Positions 13,419-29,072 of a stretch of 64,000 nt of DNA are shown here, piece by piece. Under the pieces are notes generated by a model. It was not told where the DNA came from. It ran no database searches and was given only the letters and a program-made list of their open reading frames with translations. Numbering within the stretch: the stretch's first letter is position 1; every line of letters begins with the position of its first letter. The stretch comes from Eledone cirrhosa (lineage: Eukaryota). The translations under genes were made by a program, and so were the position numbers. The stretch covers positions 15,438,001 through 15,502,000 of the forward strand of contig OZ024755.1 of the NCBI GenBank assembly GCA_964016885.1. Direction: 5' to 3'.

Positions 13419-15061
13419 ATTATTACTATTATATTGGTATATATATTATATCCGCATTGGATGATTTATACACGTAACTCAATACAAAATATCAATAAAA
13501 AAAAAACCTCATTGAAAGCTTGACTGTGTATAGTTGATGAAATAATTGCGATAGAAAAACAGGAACGGTCGTTGAAAATTATTATAAAGAAACATATTAG
13601 AACATGGTCAGATATGAATAAAAATGTTGGAAAGCAGAAGCAATAACAGTGCTTCTCACACGACATTCTGTAAACACCTATAGAAGCTGCTAATATGTGT
13701 TACATGTTAAATGAAGCCACTACTTATTGAGAATACAAATGAATGGTATGGTGTGGTGTGGTGTAGTGTGGTGTGGTGTAGTGTGGTGTAGTGTAGTGTG
13801 GTGTGGTGTAGTGTAGTGTGGTGTGGTGTGGTTCGGTGTAGTGTAGTGTGGTGTGGAATGTTATGGTTTGTTATGGTATGTGTGCAAGATATTTGATAAC
13901 AGAATGGTAAACAGATTAACAAATAAGTATACACACACATACACACCTGTATAGATATAGCATAATGTATATATATATATATATGGTGTGTTATGGTATG
14001 GTATAGTATGGTAAAGTATGTTGTGATATATTTATATAATATATTGCCCGAAGTGGAATATGAAATGTCGGTATTCTTTTTGAAACTGCTACAATGGAGA
14101 CACCGTTTTAAATTTCGATGTAACAAAGTCACATAAAGAAATGTTGTGAGAATTACGAATGAATGTAAAATTGAAAAGTAAGCAAAAACCGGATACCAGA
14201 GATTTTACAGATTTATTCATATTTATTACTCCTGATATATTTTGAATATCTACCACGGAAATGTTGGAAATTTATGAAGGTTAGCCTAACGCCTTCGTTT
14301 CGTTTCTATTAAGAAAAGAAGTCTTTCCTGAGCCCGGTGTCTAATCATGTCGGTGTTTCTCCCGGTTTTTGTGGTGTTAAAAGACAGAGTTTGTTTGGAG
14401 CTAGACCCCGACCGACAACTTCCAGACTAACATTTTGGCAGTTCTGTCATATATATTAATATATTAAGATCGTTTTTACATAGAAACTACGAGAGGAAAC
14501 TTGGCTAATCATACATTCAGTTCTGCTTAAGTCACTTATACGACTATGGTATACGTAGTTTCATATTGTTAATATTCGAACATTTTTCGTCTTCTGCAAT
14601 CAGATCAAATTGAAAGCTTTCTCAAATGCCTATGGTTCATTTCCCCAATCATGAATCTAAATTGACTGAATATCAAGCATATCAACTTTACCAGATAACA
14701 GATAACATAGCCACAGCAGCCATTATCTTATAGATGATTATGTTATACCCTTCTAAGATATGATGTATGTAACACAATTTGGCATTTCATTCTTCTACTG
14801 GTAACTTACTCCTTCATTCTTATTACACCAACTTACAAAATAACAAGCAGCACTTGACTCTATTTCGAAATATATTGGAAATATATTGCTATTTCACGAT
14901 TATAGTATAACTAGATAAAATATGGCAAAATATAACATACTGTCCGCTCATATACTTGGCACTATAACTCTTTTCCGACATATTGGAGAATGGATCATGT
15001 TCCAGCATATCATTTTTAATATATTTATTAGCCCATCTATTTCTTTCTTTCTTCCTTTCCC

Positions 15062-15100
<39 letters not shown>

Positions 15101-15819
15101 GGGGAGGTGAATTGCTTGTATATATTAATGCCTGAATCAGGATATGTTGATGTACACATCAGTCCAATCCTTAAAACAGATTACGATATAGCATAATATT
15201 GAATTTCCCAAATCAGACAAAACCCTATATATGTATAAAAATATAATGTAACACGAATATTAATAGACTTATAACTACACATGCATATAAGAACATATAA
15301 GTGCGTGTTCTGTTTATGAGTGTGTTACGTCATGTACGTGTGTATGTGTGTGTGATTTTGTGTGTGTGCGTACGACTATGGGTGGTTTTATGAGAATGAT
15401 TCCGAAATTCACGTGCTGGGAATGCACTCGTTAACAGAAGAGGGTTTTGCAGCAGACGATTATTGGTAGACAGCCTAATGAGTCATATATGTTTGATAGG
15501 AATCATTCTATCCTCACGTGTTCGGTTTTTTAACCTGGTATCATGGCGGCTAAGTGATATTTTAAAGATGATTAACAAATTCTATCAAAATAACAACATG
15601 CGTAGATCAATTTTTGCATGAAGCTTGCTAAATCTGTTACTGAGACACTCAAAATACCTGATCCGGCTTTTGATGATCTTTCATTCCTTACGTTAAACAC
15701 AGTTTACTACACTTGTGACAATTATTGATACATAGTGCTGGGCCCATGGTACCATGTGACGACAAGTGCAGAGAGATCTCCAGATATAAAGCAATGCCTG
15801 TGCCGTGAAGCTTTTATAG

Positions 15820-16168
15820 TGAGCAAAGGCACTGCACAAAGCCAGTTCCACTCTTTTAACTAAGATGATATTTACCAAAAAGAAGAACATGTCAACATCA
15901 TTGGATACTATCAGAGTTGCAGGTGTTATATCAGAGTTTTCCTTCTCCTAGAATTCTGCCTTGACAAAGGCTAAGGGGTTATCTCTCCCGGTGATTTTAG
16001 ATGGCCATTGACTCTTAAGAGCTCCTTTGCCTATTGACACGTTTTGTTTTTAGTCCTGCAGGATGTCCAAAGTCACCCTCCTCAACAAGAAACCTTGGTG
16101 GTGTTGCCAGTTTATTCGCCAACGACCCTACAATGTGACAGGTTGTACTGGGATACATGTTACCAGTA
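15820..16168. mobile_element. Unclassified interspersed repeat (copy 1)
   Basis: Collinear similarity with 50455-50730, including TTTCCTTCTCCTA, TGACAAAG, GATGGCC.TTGACT and GTTTTGTTTTT.GTCCTGCA.G.TGTCCAAA.TCACCCTCCTCA. Confidence 0.7.
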
Positions 16169-18756
<2,588 letters not shown>

Positions 18757-19365
18757 AAACACCTATACATACAAATATATATAGATAGATGGTGTGCAAT
18801 ATCATTTACTGCCACAATTCCTAACTACCATTTTATAGTATTTCAGTTGATGAATTATATTAGTGGCATTTCTATTTAGCAACGGATATAAATTATCAGG
18901 AATATATCCCATAAATATAAACTGAAAGAACATAAACCTAGAAAAAAATAATATTTGTTGGAATAATTAAAGACTATACTACCTCTGAAATCTCGACAAT
19001 ATACTGTTTTTGGTATTTTTGAAACTGGGGAAAATGTAAATATATATAGATTTTGTAAGGAATAATGATATATACTGAACCAGTTTGATTTTATATATAT
19101 ATTTATATATATAATGTAAATATATAGATATGTATGTATATATGAATGTATATATATGTATGAATATATATATATGTATATATGAATGTATATATATATA
19201 TGTATGAATGTATATATACATATGTATGAATGTATATATACATATGTATGAATGTATATATACATATGTATGAATGTATATATACATATGTAAATGTATA
19301 TATACATATGTAAATGTATATATACATATGTAAATGTATATATATGTATATATATATATAATATA

Positions 19366-19426
<61 letters not shown>

Positions 19427-19507
19427 TGTGTGTTTATGTGTGTGTTGGTTAAGGTTTGTTTCTAGAAGGAAAAGATACTCAATATATAGAGCTTGTATAC
19501 TATATTA

Positions 19508-19581
19508 TACGGGGTCGATAAAATAAAGTACCAGTAATGCACTGGGTAATTGCTGGCCTTGTACCTAAAGTAGAAACAATT
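19508..19581 (+). mobile_element. 5'-truncated SINE, family A
   Basis: TACGGGGTCGATAAAATAAAGTACCAGTAATGCACTGGGTAATTGCTGGCCTTGTACCTAAAGTAGAAACAAT. Confidence 0.8.
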
Positions 19582-19669
19582 ATATTCTTAATCTATTAAC
19601 AATCCATGTAGGATCATCTTAGACAAACGCATGCATATAACACTTTCATACACACACGTTCTATATACA

Positions 19670-19713
<44 letters not shown>

Positions 19714-19817
19714 GTATCTATATATGTATGCCGATATACAATTATTAGTCTAGCTCCCCAGTGGTGAACGGATATTCTTAAAAAAGATGGATAAAATATT
19801 TTACGATATTCGTTAAA

Positions 19818-20078
19818 TGTCTGTTCTAAGCCGAAAGCTCATCAACCCGGTGCTTTTCGGTTTCTTTGGCCTTATGCAACTGAGGGTACTAGACACTCCA
19901 TGACAAGAACGACGGTCTATCGCAGGATTAACTCTCTAGCTACTGTTGGTAGTCACTCTCAGCTAAATGTAATGGAACCACTTGAAACAAATTGCTTTGC
20001 TCAAGAACACAATGCAACACCCTGACCAGGAATTGAACCAACGACGTTATGATTGTAAGGCCAACATCCTAACCATTA
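19818..20078 (-). mobile_element. Diverged SINE, family B
   Basis: Collinear reverse-complement match to 33257-33548 (TTGCTCAAGAACACAATGCAAC, GGAATTGAACC, TCTATCGCAG). Confidence 0.75.
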
Positions 20079-20386
20079 CGTTTAACTCCCGCTGGGGTAA
20101 ATTTGCCTTCGATCTCAGAGAGCGACGTACTTAGTCGATTCTGCCCCGTTTCTATTTCTTAATTCGTTTCTCTGGGAGAAACCGGCTGTGTTCAAACCTG
20201 GAGAGGTTTTTAACGATTCCAAATCCATCAGGAACACACACACATACACATACACACACCTTACTAACTAGTTAATCAAAGTCGTTAGATCTGGATATAT
20301 ATTAAACAAAATAACTGCGTGTCTTAACTGAAAATATTTTGTAACACAAATAACGTTGATCATCGGTCGAAAAAAAGGCTTTAAAT

Positions 20387-20545
20387 GTTTCTAAATTAGG
20401 CACAAAGCCTGGAATTTGGAGGAAGGGGACCAATCGATTATATCAACTTCAGTGTTTATCGACTCAAGAATGATTGAAAACAACGTTGACTTCGATGGAA
20501 TTCGAACACGAAATTTATGAATGAGGACAAATAGCGTTAGGCATT
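20387..20545 (-). mobile_element. Diverged SINE, family A
   Basis: Reverse complement of the tail (TTTCTAAATTAGGCACAAAGCC), core (TTTATCGACTC) and B box (GGAATTCGAAC). Confidence 0.6.
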
Positions 20546-23500
20546 TTGTCGTACTCTGTATCTATTCTACCAACCCAACTGGCTAAACAAACCTATAATC
20601 AAAAGCATTCCATGCATGACAGTCGATCTCTGTAGGGCTACCACGGACTTTCCTATCAAATGAGTCATTAAGTCATGCCTTGTTGCTGTTTTTCTTACTG
20701 CTGTTGTTTTTGTTTTATGTTGTTGACGGAGCTGCAGCTGCTGTTATTGTTCATGGTATTCTCCTCTTTGATACGTGTTTTTGTTGTTGCTACTGTGGTT
20801 GTTTTATGTTTGTTGTTTAGTTCCAAGTCATCCTTGATTCAGAAGATATATGATTAAAAACATTCAACCGTAACTCTCACGTCGTTTCTTCTTTTCATTC
20901 ACTGTGTCTTTCATTGTTTATTTTGGTGGAATTTGATTTGAGGAAGATTTGGTTTCTATCTCGAGCAAGAAAGCATTATTTAAAGTGTCCGCCTTTTGTT
21001 ATTTGACTTCTATTTTTAGTAGAACCAAATTTTCGATTTCCTTCCTTATTTAAGACATTGGTGATTGCTTTAGGGCAAATTTAGTTTCTGTCTCTTGCAA
21101 CAATACAGTTTCTTATATGCGCCCCTTTGCTTATAATTTGAGGGGAAATTGACTACTATCTCTAGCTGGCTTGTGTGCTCTCGTAGAAGCTACCTTCTCG
21201 TTATAACTGACGAAGTCGCTAAGTAACATGGTGATCAGTTTAAGATAGGAAGATATCTTACTTGACTTGTAAACCATTTTATCTGTCGGCAATATTCTAT
21301 TTTTGAGTTCCATGTTCAATTAATTCCAGATATGTATATAACACGGTTTCTATTTATTTAGAGCCAGCACTCAGGCTTAAATGCTGAGTTAAAATTATGT
21401 CTGAGAGCATATATTGGAAAGGGGGATATGCTCTAGGCTCACTACTTAATGCAAAGTCTTCAGTATTTCTCCAACATTACAATGATGTAAAGGTTCTTCA
21501 GAGTCGATCTCTGTGTCTCTTTTCTTTCTTTACCACATCTTTCGTAATTCATTTGTTTCTCTTAGTCATCTGAAAGATTGTGAAAGATCGAACGTACATG
21601 CATGGAAATATAGAAAGCAATTACATATACATATCCAATATATGTATTTCGTCAATGTAGTTTTTCTTTAGTTTCTTTTTTAGTTCTACATGTCTTTAAC
21701 TGAGTTATGTGGAAACATTAAACTGCACAAGGAATTACACTTTACTTGATTAAACACAATATTTGTTTAATCATTTTATTAAGAGGGAAGTTAAAAGAAG
21801 ATTTAGAAATGGCAATATCTAACACTCTATACATCAAAACTAGATGCCTATCCTCAGAAATTCATATAATGCATGTATATTCTTAATGCCTGCTTGTCCT
21901 GCAAAACAGATGCATGAATATTTATTTACTGCTATATGTATACATATAGCAGCCAACATGTCCAAAGGAAATGTTGATTTTTCGACAGTGTAAAGGAATT
22001 TTTTTTTTACATATATATATACAGACATATATAAGAATATATAAAATATGCAGTGGCAGTATAGTCAGTGTGTATATCATTAATCTCAGTAATATATAGA
22101 GGATATTCTGATGTCAAAGACTATAAATTAAAAGATAAATAAATATATGATATATTTCTTAGTTAGTTTACGTCATATTTTACATATGCTTTCAAAAATG
22201 TTAAGCTACATGATAAAATACAAGCGGGTTTTTTCTCAATTGAAGACACTTTTGTTCCTAACATTAGATAGTTATTCCGTATCACACAATAACCTCTAGC
22301 CAATAGACAGGCTTTCTTCTCTCCTGCGGATGTTACAAAAGCTTTTCTTCTGTATTAGATAGAAGGGTATCATTTCCACCCAATTCAGTCTGAAACGTAG
22401 ACCCCCATTCCTTTTTCTTCTACGTCATACCAACAAATCCCAAGCTACTATTTTCTAGCAAGCTTCCCTTCGGAAAGGCAATACTATAGAAATCTCACAC
22501 TACAAATTTTAGGAAATATATCCGTCTCTCTTTCCAAATTTTCTAAACATTTGTATGCTGTCGAATTGACATACAATTATAATGCATTGTGTAGTCAGAG
22601 GTGTTACGGTGTGTGACGCAAAAAAGAAAAAAACAACGCATTTTCCATAGATCGAATTAAAATAGGGTGTTAAATTAGCAGAGACCTTAAACGTCGTATT
22701 TTTGCTGACATTGCCTTGAGATTAAATCCCACCGAGGCCAACACTGTTATGCATCATTTTGGTGTTGGTAAATTATCTAACAATCCAAGTAGCTTTGTTA
22801 GAATCATTAATGCGTTCTAAGGGTTGTTTTGTCTATCTGTTTCGGCTCTGAGCGTTCGGAGTTCAGAAATCGCCTCTTGACACCGAAAAATGTGGTAACT
22901 CTTTTGATAAGAGCTGCGACTGTTGGATAGTAACCACAATAGTAAAACAAATAAAAACATAGTTTCCTCGCTCTGAGCAGAAGATCACTTTTCCTTTCCT
23001 TATTGAAATCTGTGGCTTTCAATATTCTGTTCATGTCTCGCTCCTTCATATTAAACGTTTTTTTCTGAAAATTACACTGCTATTATTATCATTATGTATA
23101 CTGTTCGTGTTTATCAGGTGAATGAGTTCTCTGATTTTGTAGAGGTAAAGTATAAAAGATTATTACAGCATGGTAATACAAAATTTCTCACATTTCTTTC
23201 TGCGCTAGATAGGATTCATAATATATTTGATGATTTAAAGAGCTACTATATAATTCGCAAGAGCAACGCCAAGCAATGAATAAAAAGGTTTTATGAGAAG
23301 CCATAAATTCGTTGAATGAGATTATTGAAGGGGAAACAAATATATAAAGAAAAATACGAATAAATAGATAAATATGAGAATTTGTAAGAAAGAGGATATA
23401 GCCGATTTATCCCACAGGGTTAAATCGTTGTTTTTACGTAGGTTAAATAAAAAAATATTCTTGTTTTATTTACATTCAAGAAAGCAAGTATTTAAGGATT

Positions 23501-23983
23501 ATATCGATGAATCTAGAGAAAGATGTGTTACACTCAAACAGAAATGCTTTTGTAAAGCAAAAGCCCACATAAGGAACGGATAAATAAATGGATCATCATC
23601 ATCTTCGATGATGACTCTTCTACATAAAGGAAAGACTGTAGAGGAAACCATCATATCATATATGAACGGAATGGAATAGTCACAGATTTAATTTCCCAGA
23701 TACTAGAGTTGGTTATTGAATATTTTTGTATCCACCAACGGCTGAAAATTTCATAGGTTGACAATGAACGAGTGATGCTAGCACTATAAAATCTTGCATG
23801 TATTACTTTCAACTCTAATTATTATTAACTGCATTGTTTCTTTCCAGGGACTATGTTGAATGATAAACTGCATTTGGTCCTTCCATGAGAACATCTTGGT
23901 CAGCATATAAATGTTCAGCCTATGATCATTTCAGTTGACCCTCGTATCATGCATGTGACTGAGTATTTGCACTTCCTTCGGCA

Positions 23984-24027
<44 letters not shown>

Positions 24028-24431
24028 ATATATATACGTAAATAAGATCGTTATTTCTCTAATAGGTCTACTCATCCTAAGCAAACATCCTAAACCGAAC
24101 GCCAACCTATAGCCCAGGCTCCTGCCAAACAAACCGTACTCACCCTGCAAAGCATATATCATATATATGCGTGTGTGTTTATATATAAATATATATTTAC
24201 ATATACATGTATGTGCATATATATGTATGTGATCGGATTTTTTTTCTGTGTGTATGCGTGTGGCACACTAATCAACGGCGTTAATAAAGTAAACATATTT
24301 CAATCATAAATTGAAACTTACATCTAGTCTCATCAGGTGCTAATTACTTCCTCACTGATAATGTCACGGGTTCTAGTTAAATATTGATTCCTTACAATAC
24401 CACAAGAAGAAGAGAGAGAGTGTGTGTGTGC

Positions 24432-24636
24432 GTTAGCAGAGTTGTTAGAACTTCGGTTTGAATGCATTTTGGTATTCGTTCCGACTCTTTTCTCTCTGAG
24501 TTCAAATCTCACCTAAGTCAACTTTGACTTTCATCCTTTCGAGGTCGATAAAATAAAGTTCCAGTACCGTACTGGGGTCAATCTAATTGATTTTCCCCTC
24601 CCCCGAAATTGTTGGCCTTGTGCCTAAATCAGAAAC
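24432..24636 (+). mobile_element. tRNA-derived SINE, family A
   Basis: GAGTTCAAATCTC B box, CTTTCATCCTTTCGAGGTCGATAAAATAAAG core, GGCCTTGTGCCTAAATCAGAAAC tail. Confidence 0.8.
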
Positions 24637-25778
24637 CCTTACTTGCACTTGCTTCGGCAATACAATGATAAAATTGGAGCTATATATATATATATATTGT
24701 TTGTTGTTGCTTTTATGGATTGTGTGCGGGTGTGCTGAGCGCAGAAATGTATTATTTGTTGTCAGTATTTAACAAGTACTTACTGGTATTTGTGTCTATT
24801 CGAAAAGCCCAGGGGCAAACATCAACTTCAGTGCATTTAAACTAAGAAAACCTGCAATGCTCTAGGTAATGCATAAGATTTACATTAGCTTATTTTCAGC
24901 TGTGAAATTATCTGATACAGAAACATTGATATATATATATATAAAATATATAAAATTTCAATTACTTAGTTGAATACAGTAAAATATATTCTATGTAAAT
25001 GTTAATTATTCTAGCTTTTTTTTTTTTTTGATTCATCGTCAATAACTACGAATATCAATCATTGTTTTACTCAATCAAAAGCCATTGTCTAAAAAGACCG
25101 TAGGAGTACACTGTGAGACACAAGCTCTTCCTCCTCCATAAACCAGTTTTTATCTTTAAACCTATCTTCTTCCATGTCCAGTCGCCGATATTGCTCAACC
25201 ATAGCCTTCGTAGTGTTTTACATTACTTTTAAAATAGGGAACTTGAGAGTAGAGCGAGTCGTTTGATATCAGTTTGTTTAACTGGATCCATCTGAAGATT
25301 AACTGAGATAAGATGAGATTTTCATTGTGGTTTAGCCCTAGTTCAGCCATTATCGAGCAAAAGTAAACCTAGGGATCAAAGTTATTCCCGGCTTGACCAT
25401 CTCATCATTTAAATCTTATCTACGACTGTGTTATCCAATGAGTCCTTCCTGGTTTCGAAATGTGAGATATTAATTCAAAAAGATTTAGCTGATATTTCTA
25501 GCAGGTCGAGTGACTACATAAAGGAATCCTCTTTGTCATATAATTGATTTGTTGATATGATATCCAATGAGGTGAGGCATGTTGCATAAGTCAACATAAA
25601 TGCATTCCCAATTCACTTAGTTAAATACAAGTAAAACCAGAGATATAGCGAGATGAAGCGTGAAGGGAGAAATTAATACATTGAATGACAGTAAATTATA
25701 TATAGATAGGGATAAAAAGAGATACTCAGAAATAGAAAGGAAGAGAGTGAAAAATATCAAACTTAAGTAATTATTCAA

Positions 25779-26133
25779 CCATGCCTGAATCCAAAATAAA
25801 TAGCCTCACTTCGGTGATGACTAAATGGGTTTGCTCCTGGAATATTCCTCTCCAAGGCGCAAGCCAGGGCAAGTTCTTTGTGAAGGATTAATAGTCGCTC
25901 ATGCATACCAGTCACTGCTTTCAACGCCACCGATCTTTTCAAAGATAAAGGTAAATGCTGATAGATGTTGGCACCAGTCTCGTCACAACTCTTTCTAATT
26001 TTTCCATCTGAATGGACTGGAAGAACATGAAATAAATTGTCTTGTTCAGGCATACAATGAGCCGCCCAGGTTGGGAATGAACTCTCGACATTAGGATCCG
26101 GCGCTCAATATCCTCGTTTCTAAGCCGCGTGCT
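25779..26133 (-). mobile_element. tRNA-derived SINE with family-B head and a different 3' body
   Basis: Minus-strand head GCACGCGGCTTAG...GTTCATTCC...TGAACAAGACAATTTATTTCATGTTCTTCCAGTCCATTCAG matches the 33257 head. The downstream body is unrelated. Confidence 0.7.
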
Positions 26134-26767
26134 GTCAGATAACTGCCCCCACAACATTAAAGTTATTTATGCGGCGGCAAATTTTGACGTAAATGATTTT
26201 GTATTCTATATCAATATAGATGGAAATTAAAACAAATTCAGAAATATATAATGTTTCATGATTTGCAAAGTTTCTGAAATCCTACTTAGTTGCAATTTTG
26301 CTATTAATATCCGGTAAAGAACAATATGAATGCTAACCACAAAATGGCCGAGTGTGTAATGCATAATAATAACATGTGAGTGTCTGTCATAAGATGTATG
26401 TACGTATGTATATGTGCATGTTTATATAAATCTATCTACGTGCATGTATGTATATACGCGTGAATACGTACATGTGTATGTAAGTATATACGTGTGTATA
26501 TGTGCGAGTGTATGTACTCGCATGTATGTAAGTATGTATGCGCATGTATGTATATACTATGTATATGTCCGTAAGTGTGTAAGTATGTAGCCGCATATGT
26601 AAGTGTGTGTGTAAGTATGTACGTAAGTGTGTAAGTATGGATGTATGTATATGTAAGTCTATGTGCAAGTATGTACGCGCCTGTATGCATATACGTATGT
26701 ATATGTGCGCGTATGTATGTGTATAGATAAATCAGTAGAGATGTAAAGGTATATGTATATAGGTAAG

Positions 26768-26811
<44 letters not shown>

Positions 26812-27031
26812 CGAAATTGAGGGAAGAACTGGGAGACAGCAAAGTTTATGAAATTGCGTAATAAACGAAAAGTTGCACATATGTATATATGATTCAACTA
26901 AGAAGAATTACACAGAATACGTTTATGTAGATATGTTTCTGCGTCTGTGTGTGTATGTGTGCCAATACACGTGTGTGTGAGTGTGCGCGTCAATATATAT
27001 ATATATACGTACAGATGTGCGTGTGGTGTGT

Positions 27032-27084
<53 letters not shown>

Positions 27085-28282
27085 ATGCAATTTTTGTTGA
27101 TATTGTAGCTTCGGTTGAAAGGATATTTACATAGTTTCTCCTGCTCCTAGACATGATTCGGATTTCCGTGTTTTTAGTGTCATGTTTGCTATGTATACTA
27201 AACTACTTTAGAGCCTCTATATAGTCTTTCTAAATGCTTCTTCCACAAATAATACTCTAACATTTTAAACAAATATCAATTAGCGATCGCATTAAGGTAT
27301 TATGAGAACTCTGGTGAGCGGTCCATGTGTTCAACCAACAGAATAGCATGCTCATGAAGCTCCGTATAAGTGGTTTGGGAATTCCTGTTATATGTACCTG
27401 CTTATAACTTTCAAGGAGATTCAGCATGACACAGTGTGGGGTATGAGCAGCCCTTTGAAATACAGATATAGTCCATCTAACGAGTTTCTATCGACTTGAT
27501 TTCTCTCACAAGACATGGATCATCTCGTGGATGTGGTAAATAACACTCGCTCAATATGACACGCAGTATGGGTCAATCGCTTAAACTGTTCAAGAAACGC
27601 TGTAGTCAACACAGCACCCCTATAAATAGCGCGTAAGGTCAAAGTTTGGAGTTCAGTTGGTTGAACAACAGAATGCTCACGTTAAAACCGACAGTAGAAC
27701 ATTCACCATTACTCGCTAGTATGGTTTCCAAGTAGCCATTGTTTCGTATTATAAGGAAGCTGAAATAACTGAAATCACTGTACCTTACTTTCAGATAGAA
27801 TTCCAGTATATAGTCACTTAAGATGCTGGAGTAATCAATTCAAGCTCTTCTTTATGGCTTCTTACCTCGAAACTAAAATTCCGTTGATGTTTATTTTCCT
27901 TTCATCAGTCTAAAGGTGCTACGTCAACTACCATTAAGATATTGGAATTGATTCAATCGACTTTATTCCCTCTACACAAATATTTTTGGGGTATTTTGTA
28001 AAGAAAACCTCAAAACATGCTAGAAATGTTTGATTTTTTTTTATAGATATATATATAGATCTGAGAAGACGATAAATAGTTGTTATGGCGCCATATTAAG
28101 AGTGCCTCGCTATGTGTTTTTCTTCAATACTCTATGAGTTCATATCCGACCGAGATCAAGTTTACCTTTCTTCCTTCCGATCTATATATAAAGTATCCTC
28201 CTGTGATAGTATTACGGTTATAGGGTCAAATTTCCTCTTCTTTTCTCTCTTTCCCTATATATATATATATATACATGCATGC

Positions 28283-28337
<55 letters not shown>

Positions 28338-28884
28338 TATATATATATATATATACCTCTATCTCTATATTTTGTTCGCTCTCTCTGGAATGAATCGACT
28401 ATGCCTCCACATGGAGACGGTTGGGCTCCGGCTAGTTTTACATGCCCAATTCACGCCATGTGTCAGGACGGCACCCGCCCGACTCCAGCAAGAGTTAAGG
28501 ACCCATATTGTTTTATAAATTTCAGCATTTTAGGTAAAGGTAAATTAAACTGTGTGGTAATCATATAAGACTATCATGAATTTGTTCCAACCTGGCAGAA
28601 TCGTTAGAGCATCGGATTAAAATGCATTGTAGTATTTGTTCAAGCTCTCTACGACGTTTATACTGCTTTTTATCCTCCCAGATACATGTACACAGAGTCA
28701 CAGAAATGTATAAATATGTGTGATTTCACATCTCTCTTAGTAGAAATAAATATAAAATGAAATGTTATTAACAAGGATGGGTTTAATCTATAGGAATTGA
28801 AATATCTTAATGAAAGGAGAGGTAGTTGCCTGAATTGGACCAGCATATTACTGAAGTTTATATCTGGTTATTGAACAATCTTTT

Positions 28885-29072
28885 TCTTGGTCGGTTTCAA
28901 CCCGGGTCGCAGCGACAAAGTATCACCGCGACACGTTGTGGTCCAACATTACTGCTTTTAGGTCTTGGATGCAGCCCAGGCCAGTGTCTTTGATCAGGTT
29001 GTCAATGTAGGTGTATCAGCGTTTTCCTCTCTTTACAACTCCATAAAATGGGCTCCAAGTGACTAACTTGAA
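28885..29072 (-). pseudogene. Decayed RTE-clade LINE C-terminal fragment
   Basis: Minus strand translates FKLVTWSPFYGVVKRGKR*YTYIDNLIKDTGLGCIQDLKAVMLDHNVSR*, matching the RTE C-terminal pattern W-x-P..G..RGRP..TYID.L..DTG....L...M.DR..WR. Confidence 0.75.

Noticed and set aside
26837-26876. GTTTAT...ATAAAC GAAA stem resembling hammerhead helix II
   Set aside because: Core reads CAGCAAA and helix I/III are absent. At most a dead remnant.
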